Positions 17,946 through 26,383 of a stretch of DNA of 32,000 nt are shown piece by piece; positions within the stretch are counted from its first letter, which is position 1; each line of letters begins with the position of its first letter. A program made the translations under genes and the position numbers. Source of the DNA: Nostoc punctiforme PCC 73102 (GTDB lineage Bacteria; Cyanobacteriota; Cyanobacteriia; Cyanobacteriales; Nostocaceae). The notes under the pieces were generated by a model. It was not told the origin of the DNA and searched no databases. It was given only the letters and a program-made list of their open reading frames with translations. The stretch is from assembly GCF_000020025.1 (NCBI RefSeq), contig NC_010628.1, forward strand, positions 5,400,001-5,432,000, in the 5' to 3' direction.

Positions 17946-18764
17946 ATCCCTCCCCAATTCCGTAAGTAGCCGCCGAATTACTGATGCATCCTGGGCATCA
18001 GGAACTTTTGCTAAATAATGTTGTAAATCGTTTACGGCTTGGGGGTAGTTACCAAGTTGATAGGAGATTAAGCCGCGATCGCGCAATTCTAAAGTTAAAT
18101 TAGGAAACAGCAACAAAATTCGTTCAATCGCTGCTAGGGTTTTTTCTAACTCTTGTTGTTTGAGGTAAATAAATTTTATATTTGTCAGCATCCGTGCCAA
18201 AAATTGCCGATTACTGACTACGGCTAAAAATTCTGGTTGTAGCGTCACAGTTTGCTGATAAATTTGAGACAGCCTTTCTTCGCAATCTTGAGCAAATATT
18301 ATTTCACCGCCATTGAAGGCATCCACAAAAATTTCTATATCTGGAATATTTGGGCGGATTAAGAAATGCCCTGGCATCCCCACACCCACCATCGGGAAAT
18401 CAATCCTTCTAGCAACCTCTAGGTAAACCAACGCCAAGGTAATAGGAATCCCTAATCGGCGGTCAATTACATCATTGAAAAAACTGTTGCGTGGGTCGTA
18501 ATAGTCAATTTTATTACCAGAAAACTTTAAATCATCGTATAGATACTGATTAATACTTTGAACTATCCGCAAAGGATATCGTGAGTCAGGCAGGCGTTCT
18601 TGAAGCTCCCATGCCATTGTATCAAGGGCGTTGAGGTATTCCTCTGGGTCTAGCTTAGGATATTCTTCTTGGGCAATATACAAAGCTGCCTTTGCTAAGT
18701 CAATTTGCTCGTCAGACTGCTGAATCTCTTGGTAAAAATATTGTCGCGCTGACGAGAAATTCAT
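17943..18764 (-). CDS. SirB1/UPF0162-like protein (transglutaminase-like N-domain plus C-terminal TPR)
   Basis: 273 aa. Contains IDLAKAALYIAQEEYP, GIPITLALVYLEVARRIDFPMVGVGMPGHFLIR and a C-terminal TPR-like helix pair. This is my recollection of the family pattern. Confidence 0.6.
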   Translation of the reverse strand: MNFSSARQYFYQEIQQSDEQIDLAKAALYIAQEEYPKLDPEEYLNALDTMAWELQERLPDSRYPLRIVQSINQYLYDDLKFSGNKIDYYDPRNSFFNDVIDRRLGIPITLALVYLEVARRIDFPMVGVGMPGHFLIRPNIPDIEIFVDAFNGGEIIFAQDCEERLSQIYQQTVTLQPEFLAVVSNRQFLARMLTNIKFIYLKQQELEKTLAAIERILLLFPNLTLELRDRGLISYQLGNYPQAVNDLQHYLAKVPDAQDASVIRRLLTELGRD

Positions 18765-18912
18765 AAGCTTTTGCTCCGTGTAAGTGTAAGGATGAAGCCG
18801 CAGCTTGGCTAAGAGCAGTTTTTTGTATCTATACTTTATCTTATGGATATTCAGAATTTTTGGAATATGTACTTATTCAGGGCATGAAAATAGGTTAGTG
18901 TAGCTTTTTATA

Positions 18913-20154
18913 AACAGGACTTACGCAACTGGCACAAATAGCGGCCAGGGCGCAGCCTTGACACGCGACAATTTAAATCAAACCAAGCACATAAGAATAC
19001 TTGGGCGTTTCAGTTGCTGAATTAAATAATTAGAAAGCAAGTTATGCTTGATTTGATAGATAGTTTGGCCAGTTCTATAGGCTAAATTCTTTAACCTAAC
19101 CCAAACCAACATTGCACAAGCAATATGATTTCTTTGAAGCCTAGCTTTCCGGCACTGACAAGATTCAATGCCAGTTAGTTGTTTAATTTCCCTGTGAAAC
19201 TCCTCTATGTTCCAACGAATTTTACACACCTCTTGTACAACATCCGTGGAACTTTGAGATAAATCGTTAGTGGCGACATAATCCGTTCTGTTGGTAGAAA
19301 CAGTAACCCGGAATAGTTTCACTTTTTTATTAGCTGGGAACCCTTTAATTTTTATGATTTTACCACAGTCTAATTCTTCTTGGTTCCATTCTAATAATTC
19401 AATCCGTTTATATTTTTTTATCAAAAGTATCATCAACTAACGATATTTTTAAGGCATATAATTTGTCTAAGCTATCAATATATAGCATTAAACTGTGTAC
19501 CGCATACCATGTATCCATCAAAACAGTATCAAATGGTAAAAACTTATGATACATAAGGCTTTGGAGCATGTCTTTCACATGGTCTATCTTAGTTTTGCCA
19601 TCGACATCAGGATTAAAATTCGATAATCTATGACCCAAAATCTTTGAAGTGTAGGGTTGATATACACGCAGTTAACTACACCAATGCCTTTAAGGACACC
19701 ATGCTCATTACCACTATATTGTCTTCTGACTATTTCTATTTCTTCAGAATACCTTTTATCTAAAACGCTATCATCAAATATTATGTAACCATTGTCATCA
19801 GGTTCAACTAGGTCTTTCACGTTATCCCATAGTAAACGAGGTGTTAATTTCTCTCTTTTCAAATAATAGTTAATGGCATCATGACTAATACTCTCTAAAT
19901 GCTCTGCCAAATTGGTAATTGTATAATTAATTTGACTACTTAATAAGTATTGGCAGTAACTAAGCTTAGTAAATCTCATTACCGTTAGCAAATTTATCTA
20001 ATACAACTTCTACCTATTTTCTCATGAATATTTCATGCTTTGCTTCCAAGACAGCGACTTCTATTACGAAGACAAGGCTTTCAAAATCAGATTTAATTAA
20101 TACTCATGTACTATCAACTGGCGATCGCATTGTGCCAGTTGCGTAAGTCCTGTT
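18913..20154 (-). mobile_element. 1242-bp insertion sequence (IS4/IS701-like DDE type) with 25-bp perfect terminal inverted repeats
   Basis: aacaggacttacgcaactggcacaa (18913-18937) is the exact reverse complement of 20130-20154. The interior encodes a DDE transposase. The element is AT-rich and carries only one HIP1 site. Confidence 0.9.
18978..19991 (-). pseudogene. DDE transposase split by two frameshifts
   Basis: Three overlapping ORFs (19584-19991, 19408-19638, 18978-19436) carry, in order, IIFDDSVLDK (D), VLMDTWYA (D) and IEEFHREIKQLTG (E). The motif RRQYSGNEHGVLKGIGVVNCVY resembles IS701/IS4 transposases. Confidence 0.8.
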
Positions 20155-20365
20155 GCTGAATCCAGATTTTCTCATCAATAATATCTAAATGGAGAACAGA
20201 CCCATATATCCGGTCTTGATCGCGCCAACCTACATAAATTAATTGATAACGATCGCGTTCTGTATCAAAAATTATTTGGGCTTGAATGCGATTATCCCAA
20301 ACAGTACTAGCGTTTTGTTGAAGCAAATTTTTAATATATTGTCGATATTCGTCTAGCTTTGCCAT
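20114..20365 (-). pseudogene. xisI: xisI-family gene truncated by the IS
   Basis: Residues 1-70 (..IIFDTERDRYQLIYVGWRDQDRIYGSVLHLDIIDEKIWIQ) match the XisI pattern. From residue 71 on, the reading frame is encoded by the IS terminal repeat (boundary at 20154/20155). Confidence 0.7.
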
Positions 20366-20391
20366 TGTGCGATCGCCTCTTTATCAATATC

Positions 20392-21273
20392 TCAACAGAT
20401 ACTCCTGATAACTTGCAGAAATTCCTTTAGTACAGGTGTCATATCTTCTTCCCGCCACACTACAGCCGTTTCTACTAATGGTGTTTTTTCTTTTAAAGCA
20501 CGATACACTACACCAGTCCTCTGAAGATTTTGTAATGAAGACGGTGCGATCGCAATCCCCATTCCCGCCGAAACCAATCCGATAATCGTCTGCATCTGAA
20601 TCGCTTCTTGAGTCACTTTCGGGCTGAAATTTCCTTGCTGACAAAGAATTACGATTTGGTCGTAAAGCCCTGGGCCTAAATGGCGAGGGAACATGATAAA
20701 GTTTTCGTTTACTAGCGATCGCACTGAAATCTTTTCCTGTTCAGCTAAGGGATGAGTTTCCAACATAGCCACAATTAAAGCTTCTTGCTGAATGCACTCT
20801 TGATTGAGTGTGTTGTCTTCTAACGGTGGATGGGCAAAGCCTACATGGATGCGATGTTCTTGTAGCGCTTGCTCCTGCTGATTTGTGGTTAATTCTTGCA
20901 AAATCAACTCTACTTGTGGAAACTGTTCTCGAAACCGTCGCAAAATTACAGGAAGCAAATCGTAAGTTACCAAACTGGTAAACCCGATTCGCAATTGTCC
21001 CTTCTCACCTCTTCCCGTCCGTTGGGTTAGCTCAATTGCTTTTTGGAGTTGAGCTAAAAGTTGATAAGCTTCTTGCAAAAATACTTGTCCAGCTTCCGTT
21101 AACTGCACCTGTCGCTTGGTTTTACGCTGAAACAGTTCTACTCCCAATTGTGTTTCTAGTTGCTGAATTTGCTGGCTTAAGGGCGGTTGAGCAATGTGCA
21201 ATCGCTCGGCGGCTCTACTGAAGTGCAGTTCCTCAGCTACAGCAATAAAGTAGCGCAGATGTCGCAATTCCAT
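20392..21273 (-). CDS. LysR-family transcriptional regulator
   Basis: N-terminal HTH MELRHLRYFIAVAEELHFSRAAERLHIAQPPLSQQIQQLE plus a typical LysR substrate-binding domain length (293 aa). Confidence 0.9.
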   Translation of the reverse strand: MELRHLRYFIAVAEELHFSRAAERLHIAQPPLSQQIQQLETQLGVELFQRKTKRQVQLTEAGQVFLQEAYQLLAQLQKAIELTQRTGRGEKGQLRIGFTSLVTYDLLPVILRRFREQFPQVELILQELTTNQQEQALQEHRIHVGFAHPPLEDNTLNQECIQQEALIVAMLETHPLAEQEKISVRSLVNENFIMFPRHLGPGLYDQIVILCQQGNFSPKVTQEAIQMQTIIGLVSAGMGIAIAPSSLQNLQRTGVVYRALKEKTPLVETAVVWREEDMTPVLKEFLQVIRSIC

Positions 21274-21376
21274 TTTTTTGATATTTTATAAGTTTCAATT
21301 CTCTATAAATATATATTGGACATCTCAAAATTACCTACCTATGATACTCATACAGATATCTTAGGGAGTCAAAGTT

Positions 21377-21571
21377 ATGCCAGAAAGGTATACTCCAGGC
21401 TATTCAAGTAATGCGACGAATTTCATGGCAAAACGTAGCTTAGATACTCATGGCGCGTTTTTCAAGCCTTATTTACGTCCAGGGACGAAATTGTTAAATT
21501 GTGGTTGCGGGACTGGGACGATCGCTTTGGGTTTAGCAAAAGCGATCACTCCTGGTACGCTTACAGGTATC
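21377..21571 (+). pseudogene. 5' fragment of a class I SAM-dependent methyltransferase
   Basis: The first ~65 aa look methyltransferase-like (LLNCGCGTGTIALGLAKAITPGTLTGI, motif I). The rest of the 128-aa track ORF is simply the antisense of the neighbouring gene fragment. Confidence 0.6.
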
Positions 21572-21950
21572 GCGGCTAAGTGTCCAAGTAGTGTTGCGGC
21601 TGAGAATGTCTACTTCGCCAGTTTGCAAAGCTGTAAACCGTTCTTTGGAATTGAGATTGCGAAATTCTACTGCATCTGGGTTATCAAAATAAAGCTGCGG
21701 CGATCGCACGACAGACATCTACATCAATACCGCTATACTTACCATCAGTTCCCACAAAGCTAAACCCTGTCACTTCACCACTGACACTGCAAATTACCTG
21801 ACCACGACTTTTAATATTATCCCAGCGATTTCGAGTTGCTGGTGCAGGTGCATTAATACCTGGAGTGCCGGGTGTACTTGCTGTTTGACTTGAATTTTCA
21901 CCACAAGCCGCGATCGCTAGAATTAAAGCTGATTTACGCATAAAGTTCAT
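21566..21950 (-). pseudogene. 5' fragment of an amino-acid ABC transporter substrate-binding lipoprotein, frameshifted
   Basis: Lipoprotein signal LILAIAAC, then GFSFVGTDGKYSGIDVDVCRAIAAALF, a frameshift in a T-run near 21684-21690, then DNPDAVEFRNLNSKERFTALQTGEVDILSRNTTWTLSRD (AapJ-like family 3 SBP). The similarity stops near 21566-21571. Confidence 0.7.
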
Positions 21951-22496
21951 TGATATCGATAATAATAAATATATTGCTCACTACAATCATTACATAAAAA
22001 GAATTTGTTGCTTGTAATATAAAACTTTACCAGCTATCATGCTATATTTTTTCGCTTTTAAAAACGGTAATTTAAGTTTTTACTTATTTGTTTAAAAGCC
22101 TCAAATGGGAAGTATAAATCTCTCAAATCGGCTTGATATTCCAAGTTTTATTTAAAATTTTTCCATTTACTGTACTTGATATAGCAATGTATTCATTAAA
22201 CCTGAAAGATAATATTAAAATTTAAGTTAATTAGTTTCATACACTTCACTGGATAAAATTTATAAAAACGCATTCAGCACTTTTTTGATAATGATCAAGA
22301 GAACCCAAGAAAATATAATTCACAAGCGAGCATAAAACTCTATTTCTCCTATCTTCAATGCCTAATACCCAATGCCCGATGCCCTAATTGCATACTTTGA
22401 TGCGATCGGAAGTAGCCACACCAACCTAAAGAACTACCCCTAGCAGGTTAAACTAGGTCTGGTAACAACTGCTCCACCGTTCCTTATGAGGCTTTT

Positions 22497-23054
22497 ATGG
22501 GAGCTAACCTCAAACAGATTGCCAACTATTTAGACAACCTTGGTTGGGACTACCGTTTTGATGATGAAGAAGACCGGATAATAACAGGTGTAGAAGCTGA
22601 TAACCTAGAAGATTTTCTGATAGTTGTCCAGTTGGATGAAGAGGGAAAATTTTTTCGGGTATTTGCCCCCCAAGTTCTGTCAGGAATTCAAGACCACCCT
22701 CACAAGGGAGTTATCCTACAGACGATGCTTGCTATTTCCTGGGAAACCAAAATGTTGCAGTGGGAGTATGACCCTTCCGATGGTGAAATTCGTGCCATTA
22801 TTGAGTTTCCTTTAGAAGACTCGATTCTCACAGAAAAGCAATTTCACCGTTGTCTGAGTGGGCTAATTCAGATTGTAGATGGTATAGCGATACCTCGCCT
22901 AAAAGAAGTCATGGCAACAGGTCTTGACCCGGGAAATATAGAACTTGGGGAAAGACTGTTACTTAGTATCCAAGAAGAAGCTCCAGGATTGTTAGATTTA
23001 CTGGAAAAAGCAATGGAAGCGCGAAAAAAGCGAGGAACTTTTCCCAGCGAGTGA
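22497..23054 (+). CDS. hypothetical protein, possibly YbjN/chaperone-like fold
   Basis: 185-aa acidic ORF with a two-lobed pattern (LDNLGWDYRFDDEEDRIITGVE..; WEYDPSDGEIRAIIEFPLED). The family assignment is from memory and tentative. Confidence 0.4.
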   Translation: MGANLKQIANYLDNLGWDYRFDDEEDRIITGVEADNLEDFLIVVQLDEEGKFFRVFAPQVLSGIQDHPHKGVILQTMLAISWETKMLQWEYDPSDGEIRAIIEFPLEDSILTEKQFHRCLSGLIQIVDGIAIPRLKEVMATGLDPGNIELGERLLLSIQEEAPGLLDLLEKAMEARKKRGTFPSE

Positions 23055-23131
23055 GACGGATCGTTGCTTAAATAGCTATACTCCAAAGTGATACCCTCAC
23101 TATATACTGAAATTTTCTGGGGCTGGATATT

Positions 23132-23776
23132 ATGACATCCTATGCAACCTCCTCTGCCAAAGCGGAAATGAGTGAACTACGGCGGTTGAAAGGCTTACTA
23201 CCGCCAGAATTACAGAGCTGGGTCACGGTTGAAGGCACAACTGAGGTCAATCCACCCCTGGTCCGCTGCGAAGAAATTGGTAAAGACCAGGTAGAAATTC
23301 AAATTGACCTGGTGAAATGGGATGCCCTCGCAATGGATCAGCGTAATCTGCTGTTCTGGCATGAAGTTGCTCGCGTTCAAAATGACACAATTCCTAAAGA
23401 TGGTTGGGAAATGGCAGCGTTAGCCATCGGTTTAGGTGGTGCTGTCGGCGAATTGTGGGTACAAGATGGATTGCTGCTAGTGTTAGCTTTGTCGCTTTGT
23501 GGCGTGTCAGGCTGGCGACTGTACCAAAAGAATAATGGGGAAAAGCAACTAAAAGAATTGCTCAATGCTGATGAGAAAGCGATCGCTTTAGCAACTCGTT
23601 TTGGTTATAGCCTCCCTAATGCCTACAAGAGTCTCGGCAGCGCCTTGAAAACCCTGATTGACAATACTCCTAGTAAGCGCCAACGGTCAAGATACGAAGC
23701 AAGACTCTCTGCCCTCAAACGCAGTGCCAATAAGGCAAAAGCTAAATCCAAAACTCCAGATGAAGGCGGGTTGTAA
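23132..23776 (+). CDS. hypothetical membrane protein (2 TM helices, lysine-rich tail)
   Basis: 214-aa ORF with the TM pair AALAIGLGGAVGELWV and LLLVLALSLCGVSGW and a basic C-terminus (KRSANKAKAKSK). Same strand as the preceding gene, 77 bp downstream. Confidence 0.55.
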   Translation: MTSYATSSAKAEMSELRRLKGLLPPELQSWVTVEGTTEVNPPLVRCEEIGKDQVEIQIDLVKWDALAMDQRNLLFWHEVARVQNDTIPKDGWEMAALAIGLGGAVGELWVQDGLLLVLALSLCGVSGWRLYQKNNGEKQLKELLNADEKAIALATRFGYSLPNAYKSLGSALKTLIDNTPSKRQRSRYEARLSALKRSANKAKAKSKTPDEGGL

Positions 23777-24009
23777 TTAACCTGAGTTCGGGATAAGAAA
23801 TCCTCAAAAGCCTTGAATTATCGTTGTTCGGTCTAAAGCTCTGTTTTCATTTATTGTCAATAAGACATATTGCTGAGATTAGTTTCATTTGTGAACCTTA
23901 TTGACAAAATGATTCCACTTTTATCCCTGCTTTGATCAATTCCAGTTTTATTCAATCCTGACAGAATAGGCTTTTTAGCTTCTGGCTTAACCCGAACTCA
24001 GGTTAATTA
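23774..24009. mobile_element. 236-bp MITE-like element with 24-bp terminal inverted repeats
   Basis: taattaacctgagttcgggataag (23774-23797) versus the reverse complement of cttaacccgaactcaggttaatta (23986-24009) matches at 23/24 positions. There is an internal 11-bp inverted repeat (23854-23864 with 23897-23907). No ORF. Confidence 0.6.
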
Positions 24010-24017
24010 GTTAGGAG

Positions 24018-24037
24018 AGATGCGATTAATCGCGTCT
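24018..24037. repeat. short palindromic dispersed repeat (agatgcgattaatcgcgtct)
   Basis: Near-perfect palindrome, flanked by the 9-bp direct repeat agttaggag (24009-24017 and 24045-24053). Same family as 3576-3602. Confidence 0.75.
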
Positions 24038-24215
24038 GTACAGGAGTTAGGAGTTATGAGTGAAATCCAAACTCCCAATTCCTGCCTCTGCCTTCGACTG
24101 GGAATGCCTACTGAGGGGCTGCTGCCTTAGTGATTAGCGGCAGCAATTCCAATTTCATAGAATCTTACTTTTTTCTTGACTACATCTTTATCAAACTCAA
24201 ATTTTACAGAAGCTT

Positions 24216-25013
24216 TTACAGCTGGTTCAGCATTTTATGCGTCTGAGGGATCACACGCACGTGCTTGATAAACCCCTTCATCAAAGCCTGCCAGGTCAAA
24301 ACTTGATCGGGCGTAGGCGCAAGCATCAGTATTGAGGAGAATTGTTCAGATACTGCTAAAGGCGTAACAGGTTGTAAAAATACTGGGATATCTGGACTAA
24401 CCTTTGCCACCAACGAAGCTGAACGTTCTAACTCGCCTGGATCTGTGTTTTGAGACACAATTATCTTGACAAAAACATTTAAATATGAGTCATGACATAA
24501 TTGGAGAAATTTAGCATGTTCTTGCCAATGACTTTCGCCGCTAACACTGGGCAATTTGAAATCCATACCCACAGAGTCTAAATAGGGAAGAATCATCGCT
24601 AGTTGTTCTGAGCGATGTCCGCCAGTTTCTAAGTATATAGGTAGACCAGTTATGGCTCGCACTTGGGGTAGAAACTGCGTTAGAAATGGGGCATGAAGAA
24701 GTGGTTCACCCCCAGTTAAGCTAATGCTATCGTGTAGACAAGGTAAATTTTGCTGTTCCACCCATTCGATTAATATGGGTAATGGGACAGGGTTAGAGTG
24801 GATTTCAAAGTCGCGCAATCCAGGCGATCGCTCTATCCGACAAGTAGCAGGTGCATTCCAAGTGTGGGCACTATCACAAAAGTGGCAGCGCAAATCACAC
24901 AAAGCAAAACGAATAAATATCTGACGTGTCCCTACATTCAGTCCTTCCCCTTGAATGGCAGAAAAGACCTCAACTAGGCGTGCGGTAGGTGTAACCGTAG
25001 TTTTAGCAATCAT
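24216..25013 (-). CDS. queE: 7-carboxy-7-deazaguanine synthase (radical SAM)
   Basis: FSAIQGEGLNVGTRQIFIRFALCDLRCHFCDS carries the QueE N-terminal motif with a CxxxCxxC cluster. 265 aa. Confidence 0.85.
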   Translation of the reverse strand: MIAKTTVTPTARLVEVFSAIQGEGLNVGTRQIFIRFALCDLRCHFCDSAHTWNAPATCRIERSPGLRDFEIHSNPVPLPILIEWVEQQNLPCLHDSISLTGGEPLLHAPFLTQFLPQVRAITGLPIYLETGGHRSEQLAMILPYLDSVGMDFKLPSVSGESHWQEHAKFLQLCHDSYLNVFVKIIVSQNTDPGELERSASLVAKVSPDIPVFLQPVTPLAVSEQFSSILMLAPTPDQVLTWQALMKGFIKHVRVIPQTHKMLNQL

Positions 25014-25212
25014 TTGATGAGAGCAACGCGATCGCGCTGCGTCGGCACAACAGCAAGGATGTTTTTTGGCTTCTTGTTCTATTGTGAATCGTCGCTAGCG
25101 ATCTCCAATCTCAGCCCCGGTAAAGAGAAATTAGTCCTTATTACTACTGATTCTAAATATTAGGTTAAGTAATTTTGTAGGACAAAATAATGTTTGGCAG
25201 ATTACATTATAC

Positions 25213-26262
25213 ATGGCAACGAAAGTGCAGAGCTTCATGACTAGCCAACCGACAGAGGTCGATTTTCCAGTTAATTCCCTAAACGACACGGCTATAATGC
25301 AGGTGCCCGCGCGGTTGAGCGTGCTGGAGGCTTTAGGCTTTAAGCAAACCTGCCAAAGCTTAATTCAGCCCAATTCACATCCTAAAGAAATCATCATTGA
25401 CTTTCACCAAACTACTTTTATGGATAGTAGTGGTTTAGGTGCCCTGGTCAGTAATTTTAAATACGCCCAGACTAAAGGAATTACATTAACACTGCGGAAT
25501 GTTACACCTCAAGTCATGGCAGTCTTAAAACTCACGGGATTAGATCAGGTTTTTCCCTTAGAGTCGGCTGACGATGGGTTGCTAATAAAACAAGAAGACT
25601 TAGTAGATAATCGGAAGACAACTTCCCGTAAAGTAGAGCCTTTACCTACTACTCACCCTTCTGTGGCATCTTGGATGAAACGGTTCTTAGACATTGTAGG
25701 GTCTGTGGTCGGTTTATTAATTACAGGAGTTTTGTTTATTCCGATTGCGATCGCTATTCAAATTAACGATCCCGGTCCCATTTTCTTCAGTCAAATCCGT
25801 TGTGGTTGGATGGGAAAGCGGTTTGAGATTTGGAAATTCCGTTCCATGTGTGTGGATGCAGAAGCGAAGAAATCCCAAGTCAAAAACCAAGTGCAAGGTG
25901 CATTTTTCAAGAATGAAAATGACCCCAGAATTATCAAGGTAGGGCGCTTTTTACGGCGAACAAGTCTTGATGAATTACCCCAATTTTGGAACGTCCTCAA
26001 AGGAGAAATGAGTTTAGTAGGCACTCGACCACCCACACCCGATGAAGTGGAACGTTATGAAGTACCAGAGTGGCAACGTTTAGATGTTAAGCCTGGTATG
26101 ACTGGTGAATGGCAAGTCAATGGGCGGTCTACAGTCCGTAGTTTTGAAGATGTAATTCGCCTAGATTTGCAGTATCAAAAAAATTGGAGTTTGGTGTACG
26201 ATTTAAAGCTAATTTTCAAAACTATAACTATTTTATTTAATAGAAACAGTGGCGCTGTTTAG
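25213..26262 (+). CDS. STAS domain fused to a bacterial sugar transferase (phosphoglycosyl transferase, PF02397-type)
   Basis: N-terminal STAS with the phosphorylatable-serine motif FMDSSGLGALV (DSSGLG at 25423-25440). This is followed by a TM/re-entrant helix (VVGLLITGVLFIPIAIAI), then PIFFSQIRCG..GKRFEIWKFRSM, DPRIIKVGRFLRRTSLDELPQFWNVLKGEMSLVGTRP. Confidence 0.85.
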   Translation: MATKVQSFMTSQPTEVDFPVNSLNDTAIMQVPARLSVLEALGFKQTCQSLIQPNSHPKEIIIDFHQTTFMDSSGLGALVSNFKYAQTKGITLTLRNVTPQVMAVLKLTGLDQVFPLESADDGLLIKQEDLVDNRKTTSRKVEPLPTTHPSVASWMKRFLDIVGSVVGLLITGVLFIPIAIAIQINDPGPIFFSQIRCGWMGKRFEIWKFRSMCVDAEAKKSQVKNQVQGAFFKNENDPRIIKVGRFLRRTSLDELPQFWNVLKGEMSLVGTRPPTPDEVERYEVPEWQRLDVKPGMTGEWQVNGRSTVRSFEDVIRLDLQYQKNWSLVYDLKLIFKTITILFNRNSGAV

Positions 26263-26323
26263 CTAACTACCCTTATTCACAATTGTTTGGTAACTCCCAA
26301 CTTTCGCAATAATTCATAAATAC

Positions 26324-26348
26324 ACCCAAGCCCATAATGGGCTTGGGT
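26324..26348. terminator. hairpin between convergent genes (possible bidirectional terminator)
   Basis: Perfect 11-bp stem, acccaagccca (26324-26334) with tgggcttgggt (26338-26348), and loop taa. The flanks are moderately A/T-rich on both sides. Confidence 0.5.
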
Positions 26349-26383
26349 AAATTTTAGGTTTCTACAGCACCAAGTAAGTGAAA

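Noticed and set aside
18765-18912. Searched for the missing 3' end of xisI immediately left of the IS.
   Set aside because: All three minus-strand frames contain stops. Only a weak HIPK.. resemblance to the expected GIPK..IVL.FH motif is present, which is not enough to call.
21377-21763. The 128-aa track ORF considered as an intact small methyltransferase.
   Set aside because: Only the first ~65 residues are methyltransferase-like. The remainder is the antisense read-through of the SBP gene fragment.
25014-25212. Possible preQ1 riboswitch upstream of queE.
   Set aside because: Reading the minus strand, I could not find the compact preQ1 stem-loop with an A-rich tail. A covariance-model scan would be needed to be certain.
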